The notes: generated by a model not told the origin, from the sequence alone. Positions 10,505-24,456 are shown, counted from the first letter of the stretch. The stretch: DNA of 32,000 bases from Prochlorococcus marinus subsp. pastoris str. CCMP1986 (GCF_000011465.1 NC_005072.1:300001-332000), one strand, 5' to 3'. Made by a program: numbers and translations.

Positions 10505-10987
10505 ATGTCTACTTTAAAAAAACCTGATTTATCTGATCCTAAATTAAGAGCTAAGTTGGCTAAAGGTATGGGCCATAATTATTATGGGGAGCCTGCATGG
10601 CCTAATGATCTTTTATATATTTTCCCAGTTGTAATACTTGGAACTATTGCTTGCGTAGTTGGTCTTGCTGTTTTAGATCCTGCGATGTTGGGAGACAAAG
10701 CTAATCCATTTGCTACCCCTCTAGAAATTTTGCCTGAGTGGTATCTCTATCCTGTATTTCAAATTCTGAGAGTTGTTCCTAATAAGCTACTTGGAATCGC
10801 TCTTCAAACATTAATTCCTCTTGGGTTAATGATTCTGCCCTTTATTGAAAATGTAAATAAATTCTCTAATCCTTTTAGAAGACCAGTTGCGATGTCGGTC
10901 TTTCTTTTTGGAACTTTTTTAACTATTTATTTAGGAATTGGTGCTTGCTTACCTATAGATAAATCTCTTACTTTGGGATTATTTTAA
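10505..10987 (+). CDS. petD: Cytochrome b6-f complex subunit IV
   Basis: [46 protein letters not shown], directly after petB. Confidence 0.99.
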   Translation: MSTLKKPDLSDPKLRAKLAKGMGHNYYGEPAWPNDLLYIFPVVILGTIACVVGLAVLDPAMLGDKANPFATPLEILPEWYLYPVFQILRVVPNKLLGIALQTLIPLGLMILPFIENVNKFSNPFRRPVAMSVFLFGTFLTIYLGIGACLPIDKSLTLGLF

Positions 10988-10993
10988 AGGTCT

Positions 10994-12430
10994 TTAAAGA
11001 TTAAACATGTCTAAGTCATTTTCTTCTCTTAGAAAGTGATGCATTAATAAAAATCCAACTATTGTCCAAGTCTGATAAGTTCTTGACTGCTGCCCAACCC
11101 ATGTGCCAGTCGGTCCGTCAAAATATTCTGCCCACTCTTGTTTTGGTAATTGATTAAGTTGACACCAATAAGATTCTTCTATTAAAGATCTCATCTCTTC
11201 CATTAATATCACATCTTCAGTAGGAAATTTTTTTTGATGTAAAAGAACAGAAGCTCCAAAATACCAAAGTAAACTTGGCCAATGACCTCCGTTATGATAA
11301 CTCCAAGGCCAGTTTTTAGGATCTGAACCTGTTTTATTCTGCCATTCCTCAACATCCATGTGAGGGTGACATATTCTCATAGGCATTTGTGCCATAAGAT
11401 GTTGTCTATTGTGAAGCACTAGTCTAAAAAGTGCTCTTTGTTCTTCAGAAGGGAGAACTCCAAACATGCATGCTAAAGAATTCCCTAAGCTATAAAATCT
11501 AAAGTCAGGTCTCCCAGTCCTAATGTTTCCTATTAAATACCCACCTCTGTTCTCTAACCAGTCTTGTAGCCATGAAGGGACCACCTGAGGTTGAACATTA
11601 AATTCATTAAAATGTTGATCATCTCCGTATTGTTCTGTTGGCCTTCTTCTTAGAATTTGCATTGTTTGGCTTGTAACCCAGTAATGCTTTAAAAGAAAAC
11701 TTCTTAAATCCTCAACCCATTGACTGGTTAGAATAAGTCGCTGGTCTAATAATCTACTAACGTGATCTTCGCGACTTAATTCCATTAGATTTATACAACT
11801 TTTTAAACATCCATGAAGTAATACCTCGACTTCCAAAGGTGCGCCCCAGACATCCATTGGTCGATCAATCATGAATGCACAGTCTGGAACGAAAAGGACA
11901 GGTGTCCCCTCAAATGTTGGATGTAAAACTAAATCTAGTAAAAGTTGAATCCCTCTCTGCACACTTTGGCTTTTACCAAATGAATGATCACCACTCTTGT
12001 TGACATAAAACCAGCATAATATTGGCCACCATAAACTTGCATCAGCAGAAGTAATTCTTCCTATAGATCTTTGTCCATAGTCGCCAATTAACTTTCCTTC
12101 CTCTTCGACAAAACTTGTAGGAAATACCCCCCTTGTTTGATAATTAGTGCTTTGCAGCTCAAGACATACCTTTAAGAACTTTTTTACAATATCGTACCTT
12201 TTTTGGGTAATGAGATAAATCATTACTGGAACATTATCTCTTAGAAAAATTTCACCATAATTTAGCTTGAGGTTTTTTGTAGGGTGTTCTAGTGCCGCAA
12301 CACTGCCAACCAACTCCCCTGAAATTTCAACCAAGGTCTTCTCAAAGTGTTTTTTTGCATTTGTTACAATTTTGTCTTCATCTGAACTTGGACGAACTCT
12401 TAAATTTTTTTGACTAAATCTTTCTGCCAT
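10994..12430 (-). CDS. Neutral/alkaline invertase (glycoside hydrolase family 100-like)
   Basis: PVLFVPDCAFMIDRPMDVWGAPLEVEVLLHGCLKSC, WPWSYHNGGHWPSLLWYFGA: cyanobacterial/plant neutral invertase signatures. Confidence 0.88.
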   Translation of the reverse strand: MAERFSQKNLRVRPSSDEDKIVTNAKKHFEKTLVEISGELVGSVAALEHPTKNLKLNYGEIFLRDNVPVMIYLITQKRYDIVKKFLKVCLELQSTNYQTRGVFPTSFVEEEGKLIGDYGQRSIGRITSADASLWWPILCWFYVNKSGDHSFGKSQSVQRGIQLLLDLVLHPTFEGTPVLFVPDCAFMIDRPMDVWGAPLEVEVLLHGCLKSCINLMELSREDHVSRLLDQRLILTSQWVEDLRSFLLKHYWVTSQTMQILRRRPTEQYGDDQHFNEFNVQPQVVPSWLQDWLENRGGYLIGNIRTGRPDFRFYSLGNSLACMFGVLPSEEQRALFRLVLHNRQHLMAQMPMRICHPHMDVEEWQNKTGSDPKNWPWSYHNGGHWPSLLWYFGASVLLHQKKFPTEDVILMEEMRSLIEESYWCQLNQLPKQEWAEYFDGPTGTWVGQQSRTYQTWTIVGFLLMHHFLREENDLDMFNL

Positions 12431-13040
12431 TTCAGTTGAATCCCTTTAATTAAGCCTAGTTCTTTAAGTGGACTTTGAACAAAATAAAAATTAATAAAAA
12501 AATTTTGTATAAAAGGTTGCAAAATTACAGTCGGATGGTTTAGTATTTCCTTCTGGGCAAAAATATTTTTTTTGTATTATTCAAACAATTATCTTAAATT
12601 TAATTTTTGGTAAATGAATGAATTTTTTAGAGATTTGATTTCGATCAATATCTTAAGCCAGTAGAAGGGTTTTCCTTCTAAATGGGTTATTCACTTGTTG
12701 TTTAACTCTGCACCTAGAAAATTTAAAACTTAGGAACTGATGCTTTTATTGCGTCGAGAATTTATTAAATTTAGGTTTGATATTTTTGAGATGTTTTTGC
12801 AATAAAGGTGTGAGGTCCCGTCAAGAATATATAAATTGTTTTCAATTGCTAACTTTTTAGTTTTTTGAAAACCAACGGATCTGAGATCTTGGAAAGTCAC
12901 TTTGAAATATTTTTAATGTGCACTCAAAGTAATCCTTAATTATCTAAGGAGGCTGAACCTAAATAACTTAAGTCAATCTTATTTTTATTTGGAGAACGCA
13001 ATTCATATTGAGTAGATTTTGTCTACAAAAGGATTTGAAC

Positions 13041-14523
<1,483 letters not shown>

Positions 14524-14648
14524 AACAGGGAGACAACAAAATGTAAATATTAATTTTGTCACCTTAGGTCGATCGGTATCTCAGATTCTTATTTTTTAAG
14601 AATTTCAGTTTCTAAGTTTTTTCTAGGTCACACCCATCACTTTTTCCT

Positions 14649-14722
<74 letters not shown>

Positions 14723-14734
14723 TATCTCTATGTT

Positions 14735-14807
14735 GGGGGTATAGCTCAGTTGGTAGAGCGCCTGCTTTGCAAGCAGGATGTCAGCGGTTCGAGTCCGCTT
14801 ACCTCCA
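14735..14807 (+). tRNA. tRNA-Ala(UGC)
   Basis: GGGGGTATAGCTCAGTTGGTAGAGCGCCTGCTTTGCAAGCAGGATGTCAGCGGTTCGAGTCCGCTTACCTCCA, anticodon TGC. Confidence 0.98.
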
Positions 14808-15072
14808 CTGAATACCACCTCTTACATATTTAAAGAGGGAAATTGTTTTGAGTCGTGTCCTAATTTGCTCTGAGCGAATCTAGCTTCCTATTTTATTCAA
14901 TAAATAAGATGCTGGACTCATTGAATTTTTTTTCATTGTTTTCAGAGAACCTTGACAACTGCATAGATTATTTTTGAAGACAATAAGCATCTTTAATGAT
15001 GCAGATTTATTATTTGTGCGAATGCATTAAATAGCAATTCTATTAAGCTGATGCTTCAATTATTGAAGTTAT

Positions 15073-17949
<2,877 letters not shown>

Positions 17950-18012
17950 ATAAACTTAATTTATTTTCTTTAATTTATATAATTTTCTATGCAGTTCTCA
18001 AGGTTCACACTA

Positions 18013-18130
18013 TCCTGGTGTTCATGGCGATGTGGAACCACTCCGATCCATCTCGAACTCGGTTGTGAAACGCATCAGCGGCGAAAATATTTAGGGGGTA
18101 GCCCCTTGAGAAAATAGCTCAATGCCAGGT
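18013..18130 (+). rRNA. rrf: 5S ribosomal RNA
   Basis: TCCTGGTGTTCATGGCGATGTGGAACCACTCCGATCCATCTCGAACTCGG...AATGCCAGGT. Confidence 0.95.
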
Positions 18131-18141
18131 AAAATATTTTT

Positions 18142-18176
18142 AAAGGGTTTACTTTGAAAAAAGTAAACCCTTTTTT
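18142..18176 (+). terminator. Rho-independent terminator of the rRNA operon, overlapping the mutM stop
   Basis: Perfect 14-bp inverted repeat AAAGGGTTTACTTT-GAAA-AAAGTAAACCCTTT followed by Ts. Confidence 0.9.
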
Positions 18177-19053
18177 ACTTCTGACATTTACGACACCAAT
18201 GCGTACTTCTTCCTGAGATTTTCTGTCTCTCAATTAAATTTTTGCATTGACGACATTTTTTACCAGTTCTTCGATAAACATTAGTTTGTAATCCAAAATT
18301 GCCATTTTCACCTTCTAAGTCTCTAAAGTCACTAAAGGTTGTTCCCCCTGCACCAATACTTTTTTTTAAAACGTCGACGACAGCTCTTCTAAGTCTTTTT
18401 ATTTCATTTTTATTAATTGTTCTAGCCTCTCTAAAAGGTGATATACCTGCGGAGTATAGACTCTCGTCTGCATATATATTCCCTATCCCAGCAATAATTG
18501 TTTGATCTAATAAAATAGATTTTATAGATCTTGTTTTGTTTGAAATTACTTTTTTTAGATAATTGACATTAAAACTTTCAGAAAAGGGTTCAGGCCCCAA
18601 TGTTCCTAATCCCTTAATAATATTATTAGGCGATAATCCATCTCTAACCCACCACATTTGACCAAAACTCCTTACATCAATATATCTAAGTTCATTATTA
18701 TTGTTATCAAACAGCCTTATTCTGGTATGTTTACAAGGATTAGTAAGAGTATTATTAAAAGTGAAATAACCAGTCATCCTTAAATGAACGACTAGAACAC
18801 CATTTTCTACAAATGATATTTCATTTGCATCATTATTATTACTAACAGTTTTCTTTAATTCCGCGATTAAATATTTTCCTCTTCTATTCCATTTATACAG
18901 GAGTGAATTTTGAAGACCCTCAATAAAGTCTATTTTATCAATGGGATAAGCAACAGTTGACTCTCTACAGATTTCAACTCTTTTGATAATAAAATTTTTG
19001 AGTTTTTGTTCTAAACCTCTTCTAACAGTTTCAACTTCAGGTAACTCAGGCAA
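18175..19053 (-). CDS. mutM: Formamidopyrimidine-DNA glycosylase
   Basis: [19 protein letters not shown]-terminus and C-terminal zinc finger [25 protein letters not shown]. Confidence 0.98.
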   Translation of the reverse strand: MPELPEVETVRRGLEQKLKNFIIKRVEICRESTVAYPIDKIDFIEGLQNSLLYKWNRRGKYLIAELKKTVSNNNDANEISFVENGVLVVHLRMTGYFTFNNTLTNPCKHTRIRLFDNNNNELRYIDVRSFGQMWWVRDGLSPNNIIKGLGTLGPEPFSESFNVNYLKKVISNKTRSIKSILLDQTIIAGIGNIYADESLYSAGISPFREARTINKNEIKRLRRAVVDVLKKSIGAGGTTFSDFRDLEGENGNFGLQTNVYRRTGKKCRQCKNLIERQKISGRSTHWCRKCQK

Positions 19054-19057
19054 ATTT

Positions 19058-19267
19058 TTAAGCTTTCTCTAATTCACTTTCTGCAAAATTATTAGTATTT
19101 GCTCCTCCTTCAGTTCCACTTATTCCCGCATAATTCACCTTTTCAAACCTGACCACACAGTTATACTTGATTCCGGTTGTATCGACTGAAGCAACTTTGC
19201 CAATTTCGTTGTACCAGTATGACTCTGGTCTTTTTACTCTTACAAGATCTCCTCTTGAAATTGCCAT
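19058..19267 (-). CDS. psaE: Photosystem I reaction center subunit IV
   Basis: [69 protein letters not shown], full PsaE. Confidence 0.99.
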   Translation of the reverse strand: MAISRGDLVRVKRPESYWYNEIGKVASVDTTGIKYNCVVRFEKVNYAGISGTEGGANTNNFAESELEKA

Positions 19268-19347
19268 TAATTTAAATTTAACTTATAAAACAATACCCTA
19301 AAAGGGATATCTAAAGAAAAATTATTCACAGATATTAATCAAAGCAA

Positions 19348-20109
19348 TTAGCAGAAATCATTTATTAGATTTTTTTCAAATTCTTCTTTAGCCGGAATCC
19401 ACCCTCTCCATTTTCTTCCAGGAATTCTTACATCTAAATCTTTAGTTGAACATTTTACAGAGATAATAACTTTTTTATTATTTTGATTTAGAGCGTTCAG
19501 AAATTTTCTGCCACTTCCTTCTTCTAATTCAGTTTGTTGAGTTGTTAAAGGACCATATTTTTTACTCTCTTTAATTATGAATTGATTAATCTTTTCTTCT
19601 TTAAGTGAAGTATTAACTTCTTGATTATTGAGATTCTTTTCACTTAAAAATAATTTCGAACCAACTTCTAATGAATCTGGATTCTTGAGATTGTTAATTT
19701 CAATAAGTTCTTTAAAGTTTAAAGCATATTTTGTAGAGATTTCTGTGAGGCTCTCCCCTTTTTTGACAAGATGATATTTATTATTTATATCCTTATTAGG
19801 TTTACTTTCTTGGCTAGAATCATAAATTTTTAGATTCTGTCCTACATATATATAATTTTCATCTTTTAAATTATTTAATTTAATAATGAAATCTTTTTTT
19901 ATTGAATAAAGATTTGAGATACTTGTAATCGTATCGCCCACTTGTACTATATGAATTTTTTTAATGTCTGATATTTCATTTTTAGTTGATTTTACCTTCG
20001 TAGTATTTTCAATTTGATTATTTGATGAATCAATTCTTTCTTCAGCCTTTATAAAATTAGGATTGAAAAAATTAATAATGAAGGCAAATAAAATAAACGT
20101 TAATTTCAT
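19348..20109 (-). CDS. Exported LysM-domain protein (two LysM repeats)
   Basis: Signal-like N-terminus; two LysM units (HIVQVGDTITSISNLYSIKKDFIIKLNNLKDENYIYVGQNLKI and YHLVKKGESLTEISTKYALNFKELIEINNLKNPDSLEVGSKLFL). Confidence 0.85.
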   Translation of the reverse strand: MKLTFILFAFIINFFNPNFIKAEERIDSSNNQIENTTKVKSTKNEISDIKKIHIVQVGDTITSISNLYSIKKDFIIKLNNLKDENYIYVGQNLKIYDSSQESKPNKDINNKYHLVKKGESLTEISTKYALNFKELIEINNLKNPDSLEVGSKLFLSEKNLNNQEVNTSLKEEKINQFIIKESKKYGPLTTQQTELEEGSGRKFLNALNQNNKKVIISVKCSTKDLDVRIPGRKWRGWIPAKEEFEKNLINDFC

Positions 20110-20181
20110 TAATTTATCTATTTTCTTAAAGATAATCTCTGTATTTAAAATCGCCAGACTTTTGAAACCAAATTAATTAAT

Positions 20182-21573
20182 TTAAATCTTAAAAATAAAT
20201 TTTATAATTTTCATTACTTTATTATAAGGAGGGTATCTAAAATCTAAATCAAATAAAAAGCCTTTATAAGTTATGGATTTTTGATTTGAAAAGTTCTTAA
20301 ATCCTTCCTCTCCATGAAATTTACCCATTCCACTTTCTCCAACCCCTCCAAATGGCAAATTTGGAATAAGTACAGGCAACATAACATCGTTAATACAAAC
20401 GGTGCCAGAGCTTGTGACTTTAGAAATATGATCATGGATTTTTTTGTTTCCTCCAAAAATATATATTGCTAAGGGCTTTGAAGCTTGATTAATTTTTTTT
20501 AATGCCAAATCTTTATTGTCAATACCAATAACTGGAAGAAGTGAGCTAAATAATTCTTTTTGAATAATATTGTTATCGTGTAATTTTACTTTTAAAATTG
20601 TGGGTGATATCTTCATTCTTTTTTTACTACAAGTTCCTCCAAACAAAATACGTTTCTCCTTTTTATATTTTTTGAGAAGTTCTGAAGTTATGGAAAATTG
20701 TTTTTTTTCTAATTTAGATAAGTTTTTTGAGATTATTGGATCTTCTCCATAAAAAATATTTATAAATTTCTTTAACTCTTTAACTAATTGATTTTCAATT
20801 TCTTTCTCTACAAATATATGATTAGGCGCCATACATGATTGGCCTGAATTGAAAAATTTGCCCCATACAATTCTTTTTGCTGCAATTTCTAAATTTGCAT
20901 TTTTGAAAATAATTACTGGATTTGTTCCACTAAGTTCCAACGTTAATGGAGTTAAGTTAGTTGAAGCTGATTTCATAATAGATTTTCCCGTTTCAGTACT
21001 TCCTGTAAAAAAAATATGATCGAAATTTTGTTCTACCAGTTTTATTGACTCTTTATAATCTCCCTCAATCGTAAACAAAATATCTTTTTGGAAATATTTA
21101 TCAGTTAATTTTTTGATTAGTTTAGATGTAGAAGAACATTTTTCTGATGGTTTTATTACAGCAGTATTTCCCGAAGAAAAAATATTTACGAGGGGTTTTA
21201 AGAGATACAATAAAGGATAATTATATGGCCCTAAAATCAGTACACAACCTAGAGGTTCGTAGATTACTTTTGAGAATGAAGGGAAAAGATATATTGGCGT
21301 TTTTACCTTTTTTGGTCGCATCCATAATCTAAGATTCTTCTTTATTAGGGAAATTTCTTCTTTAATTAAGAGTATTTCTGAAAGAGCTTCAAGTTCTGAT
21401 TTACCTAGATCAAGGAAAAGAGCTTTGATTATTTCTTTTTTATTCTCATCTAAAAGTTGAGAAACCTTCCTAATCTGCTGGATCCTCCAACTTATACTCT
21501 CTGTTTGACCGGTAATTACTTTATTTTTTAATTCCTCAATGTTTGATTTATACGATTTATCTAAAATATTCAT
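20182..21573 (-). CDS. Aldehyde dehydrogenase (class-3/fatty-aldehyde type)
   Basis: PLGCVLILGPYNYPLLYLLKPL, TGSTETGKSIMKSAS, LTLELSGTNPVIIF, KFFNSGQSCMAPNHI (catalytic Cys), NLPFGGVGESGMGKFHGEEGF. Confidence 0.95.
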   Translation of the reverse strand: MNILDKSYKSNIEELKNKVITGQTESISWRIQQIRKVSQLLDENKKEIIKALFLDLGKSELEALSEILLIKEEISLIKKNLRLWMRPKKVKTPIYLFPSFSKVIYEPLGCVLILGPYNYPLLYLLKPLVNIFSSGNTAVIKPSEKCSSTSKLIKKLTDKYFQKDILFTIEGDYKESIKLVEQNFDHIFFTGSTETGKSIMKSASTNLTPLTLELSGTNPVIIFKNANLEIAAKRIVWGKFFNSGQSCMAPNHIFVEKEIENQLVKELKKFINIFYGEDPIISKNLSKLEKKQFSITSELLKKYKKEKRILFGGTCSKKRMKISPTILKVKLHDNNIIQKELFSSLLPVIGIDNKDLALKKINQASKPLAIYIFGGNKKIHDHISKVTSSGTVCINDVMLPVLIPNLPFGGVGESGMGKFHGEEGFKNFSNQKSITYKGFLFDLDFRYPPYNKVMKIIKFIFKI

Positions 21574-21680
21574 CCAGAAAATTTTTTATATGATAGTTAA
21601 TATATCAGATTAATAATATTAAATATCGATAAATTATTTAAACAAATAAGGCTTTATTATTTTTAAAAATAATATTAATA

Positions 21681-22274
21681 TTGAATCTTATTTTGAAAAT
21701 TATAAAAAAAGAAGCACAATTTATTATTCCTTCTTTTTTATGTTTTTTATTATTTGTAATTATCAATTTTAAGCGCTTTTTCTTGGTTCCAGAACTTTCC
21801 TATTGGTCGAGTTATATTATTACTCAACCTTATCGGATATTAAGCTATAGTTTCGTTCATAAAGATTTTAATCATTTATTATCTAATTTCTTTGGAATAA
21901 TTGTAGTTAGATATTGTTTTATAAATTTGAATTTGAAGAATATATTTCTTTTCCTTTATCTAATTATTTTATTAATACCAATTCAGACTTTTTTTTTATT
22001 TATAGTAGATAATTTCATATTTTATAATCCTAATCATTTGTTGGTTGGTTTTAGTGGAATTATATTCGGTACATTTTCCTTTATATTGCTTTCCTCTCTT
22101 TATGGGAAAGAATATATTTTGAATATTTTTATTGGCTTGAAAAAGAACAATGAAATTTATAAATTAATGACCGTTTTTTTGTCTTTAGGGATTGTTTATT
22201 CTTTGTTACCAACCATAAGCTTATCAGGACATATCGCAGGAATATTGAGTGGCTTTATTATTTTTATTCTTTGA
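21681..22274 (+). CDS. Rhomboid-family intramembrane serine protease
   Basis: HKDFNHLLSNFFG, catalytic GFSGIIFG, and SGHIAGILSGFII in a multi-span protein. Confidence 0.82.
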   Translation: MNLILKIIKKEAQFIIPSFLCFLLFVIINFKRFFLVPELSYWSSYIITQPYRILSYSFVHKDFNHLLSNFFGIIVVRYCFINLNLKNIFLFLYLIILLIPIQTFFLFIVDNFIFYNPNHLLVGFSGIIFGTFSFILLSSLYGKEYILNIFIGLKKNNEIYKLMTVFLSLGIVYSLLPTISLSGHIAGILSGFIIFIL

Positions 22275-22361
22275 AGTGAGAATATATTTTTCTTTAGTAT
22301 TGATTAAATTAACAGCCTCTAAATCTTAAAAATCTTATTTTATGTAGTTAAGATATCATTA

Positions 22362-23249
22362 ATGAAGAAAAATTTTTCAATCAGACTAATATCCAATGAT
22401 GAGATTCAGAAAGTTACTGATTGGGCCAGGTTAGAGGGATTTGCTCCTGGCTTTGATGACATCTCAATTTATAAAAATACCGATAAAAAAGGGATATGGG
22501 TTGGATGTCTTGATAACGATCCTATAGGCTCTATAGCTTGTGTTAAATATAATTCTTCTTATGGATTTATAGGATTATTCATCGTAAAAAAAGAATTCCG
22601 AAATATGGGTTATGGAGTGAGATTATGGAAACATGCATTAGATTATTTGAAAAATGTTGGTTGTATTGGTTTAGAAGCAGCTCCAAACAGATTAGATGAT
22701 TATCAAACGTGGGGTTTTACAAAATCATCCATAACAAATAGATGGAAATTAGAAGGCATTCAAGATTTACCAAATGGGAATTTTTATAAAGATGATAATA
22801 CGTTTAGTGTTGTTCCAGGTAACCAAATCCCCCCTGAAGCTGTTTTAATATATGATTCTCAACGAGAACCTAGTCCTAGGCCTCACTTCTTGAACGATTG
22901 GCTGAAGAATTCTTTTGGAAATGTTAGTGCGCTTGTTGATAATAATGGCATGTGCCATGGTTTTGGGAGGATAAGGCCTTGCATGCTTCAAGATAATAAT
23001 AAAGGTTGGCGAATTGGCCCTCTTCTGGCTGATACTCCTCCTTTGGCAGAATTGCTTATTAGAAAATTAGTTAAGAATCTAGAAGCTCAAATCTTATTGG
23101 ACTGTTCGAATCTCAATCCTTATGCAAATTATCTTTTATCTAGTATGGGTTTTAAAGAAATTTCACAAACTTATAGAATGTATAAAGGAATTCAACCTTC
23201 ATGCCCAATGAATCAGGTATACGGCCTTGCTTGTTTAGAGTTGGGCTAG
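22362..23249 (+). CDS. GNAT-family N-acetyltransferase, probable two-domain type
   Basis: IGLFIVKKEFRNMGYGVRLWKHALDYLKNVGCIGLEAAPNRLDDYQTWGF (acetyl-CoA loop), then a second C-terminal segment of similar size. Confidence 0.85.
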   Translation: MKKNFSIRLISNDEIQKVTDWARLEGFAPGFDDISIYKNTDKKGIWVGCLDNDPIGSIACVKYNSSYGFIGLFIVKKEFRNMGYGVRLWKHALDYLKNVGCIGLEAAPNRLDDYQTWGFTKSSITNRWKLEGIQDLPNGNFYKDDNTFSVVPGNQIPPEAVLIYDSQREPSPRPHFLNDWLKNSFGNVSALVDNNGMCHGFGRIRPCMLQDNNKGWRIGPLLADTPPLAELLIRKLVKNLEAQILLDCSNLNPYANYLLSSMGFKEISQTYRMYKGIQPSCPMNQVYGLACLELG

Positions 23250-23344
23250 TCATTTTTCTAATACGTAATATTTTTTCTTACTTCTATTTATCTTTCATAA
23301 CTAGAAACTTTATAGAGTTATTGCTTTATTAGATTTTGAGAAGG

Positions 23345-23599
23345 TTAATTCTCAGCTGTTTTTAATATCCTTTCTACAGTATCTGCATTGATTATTATGA
23401 TCTCTCCATTATCAATGTCTGCCACTTGAAACAACGTCCATGAATTTGGATTTCTTGCTCCTCCTATACAGCTAATAATTTGCCCAATCCAATATTCCTG
23501 ACGACCGTTTTGCGTATTCCCTGGAGGCTTTTCATTTTTAATTACTACATGATCGCCAGGCTTAACGAAAAGAAATTCATAAGTTTCCGAAGAGGCCAT
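23345..23599 (-). CDS. Small conserved marine-cyanobacterial protein (DUF3104-like)
   Basis: FLFVKPGDHVVIKNEKPPGNTQNGRQEYWIGQIISCIGGARNPNSWTLFQVADIDNGEIIIINADTVERI; family name from recall. The track start is 23623; Met at 23599 looks more natural. Confidence 0.65.
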   Translation of the reverse strand: MASSETYEFLFVKPGDHVVIKNEKPPGNTQNGRQEYWIGQIISCIGGARNPNSWTLFQVADIDNGEIIIINADTVERILKTAEN

Positions 23600-23820
23600 A
23601 GTATAATATTCTTGATAGTACAAATATACTATAAAGCCTGTATTCTTGGTTTTGCTTTATGAGTAGTATTTATTCTCCTAATCATGTGAAAAATATAAAT
23701 TTTTAATAAAAAAGTCAAACTATTTAAATTAGAAATAATTATGAAGCTATTCAAATTTTTATATCTTTGAATGATGATTAGATTAAAAGAAATATGACTG
23801 TAAAAAAATGTAACTGATCT

Positions 23821-23955
23821 TTAAATTAAAATAGATTTCAATTGATCAAGGACATCAGTACGACTAGAGAATAATTTTGTAAATAATAAATAAACTAAAC
23901 CTCCCATAGCAATTCTTCCATTTAGTTTTTCTAACTGTTTGAGTTTCTTAAACAA
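23821..23955 (-). CDS. Candidate short high-light-inducible (Hli/SCP)-like protein, TTG start
   Basis: Reverse frame TTG@23955 to TAA@23821: LFKKLKQLEKLNGRIAMGGLVYLLFTKLFSSRTDVLDQLKSILI*. It contains EKLNGRIAMGG, a perfect ExxNGRxAMxG chlorophyll-binding motif inside a hydrophobic helix. Confidence 0.6.
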   Translation of the reverse strand: MFKKLKQLEKLNGRIAMGGLVYLLFTKLFSSRTDVLDQLKSILI

Positions 23956-24089
23956 TTTTTTTTTTATTCTTTATAGAATTTAATCGCTTATATTAAAAAA
24001 AAAGTAGCGGTTGTTTCTAAAAATTATTTTATTTGATCAACCAAGGTATATTAGCTTTCGTTAGAAATTTATTTCAATAGTGGAGGAGA

Positions 24090-24233
24090 TTAAAGCCACC
24101 CTTCTTTCATTTTTAAATAAAGTTGTTCTGTTTCCCCAGAATAAATATTACTGTCTTGATATGATTGCTGCTGCTGTTGTTGTTGTTGTTGTTGCTGAGT
24201 AGAATCGGTTTTTTGAGTTTTTACTTCGCTCAT
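24090..24233 (-). CDS. 47-aa hypothetical protein with 11 consecutive glutamines
   Basis: ATG@24233: MSEVKTQKTDSTQQQQQQQQQQQSYQDSNIYSGETEQLYLKMKEGWL*. Confidence 0.5.
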   Translation of the reverse strand: MSEVKTQKTDSTQQQQQQQQQQQSYQDSNIYSGETEQLYLKMKEGWL

Positions 24234-24354
24234 TTGCCCATTAAAAATAATTGTGTTTATTCTCTCATATTTAAAGCTTTTTTTTTTGTTTGAATTCTTA
24301 AATTTTATTTAAATTTATTTTAATCTGATGTTTTGCCTTTTATTTGCTGAGAAA

Positions 24355-24456
24355 TCATTTAACAGCAGTAGTTTTGGAGTATAGAAATTGAACCTCCCAA
24401 TATACTATTCCAAGAAAAATTGCACTTGCAAGAAGAATTTCAGAAATTGTAAGCAT
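24355..24456 (-). CDS. Candidate 33-aa single-span membrane microprotein
   Basis: ATG@24456: MLTISEILLASAIFLGIVYWEVQFLYSKTTAVK*. Confidence 0.4.
   Translation of the reverse strand: MLTISEILLASAIFLGIVYWEVQFLYSKTTAVK

Noticed and set aside
20271-21332. ORFs 20271..20456, 20570..20752 and 21147..21332 within aldehyde dehydrogenase
   Set aside because: Nested alternative frames in a full-length, motif-complete enzyme.
24165-24197. Trinucleotide CAA/CAG repeat considered as a CRISPR or tandem-array signal
   Set aside because: Single in-frame codon run of 33 bp, no spacers or repeat units; treated as a coding polyQ tract instead.
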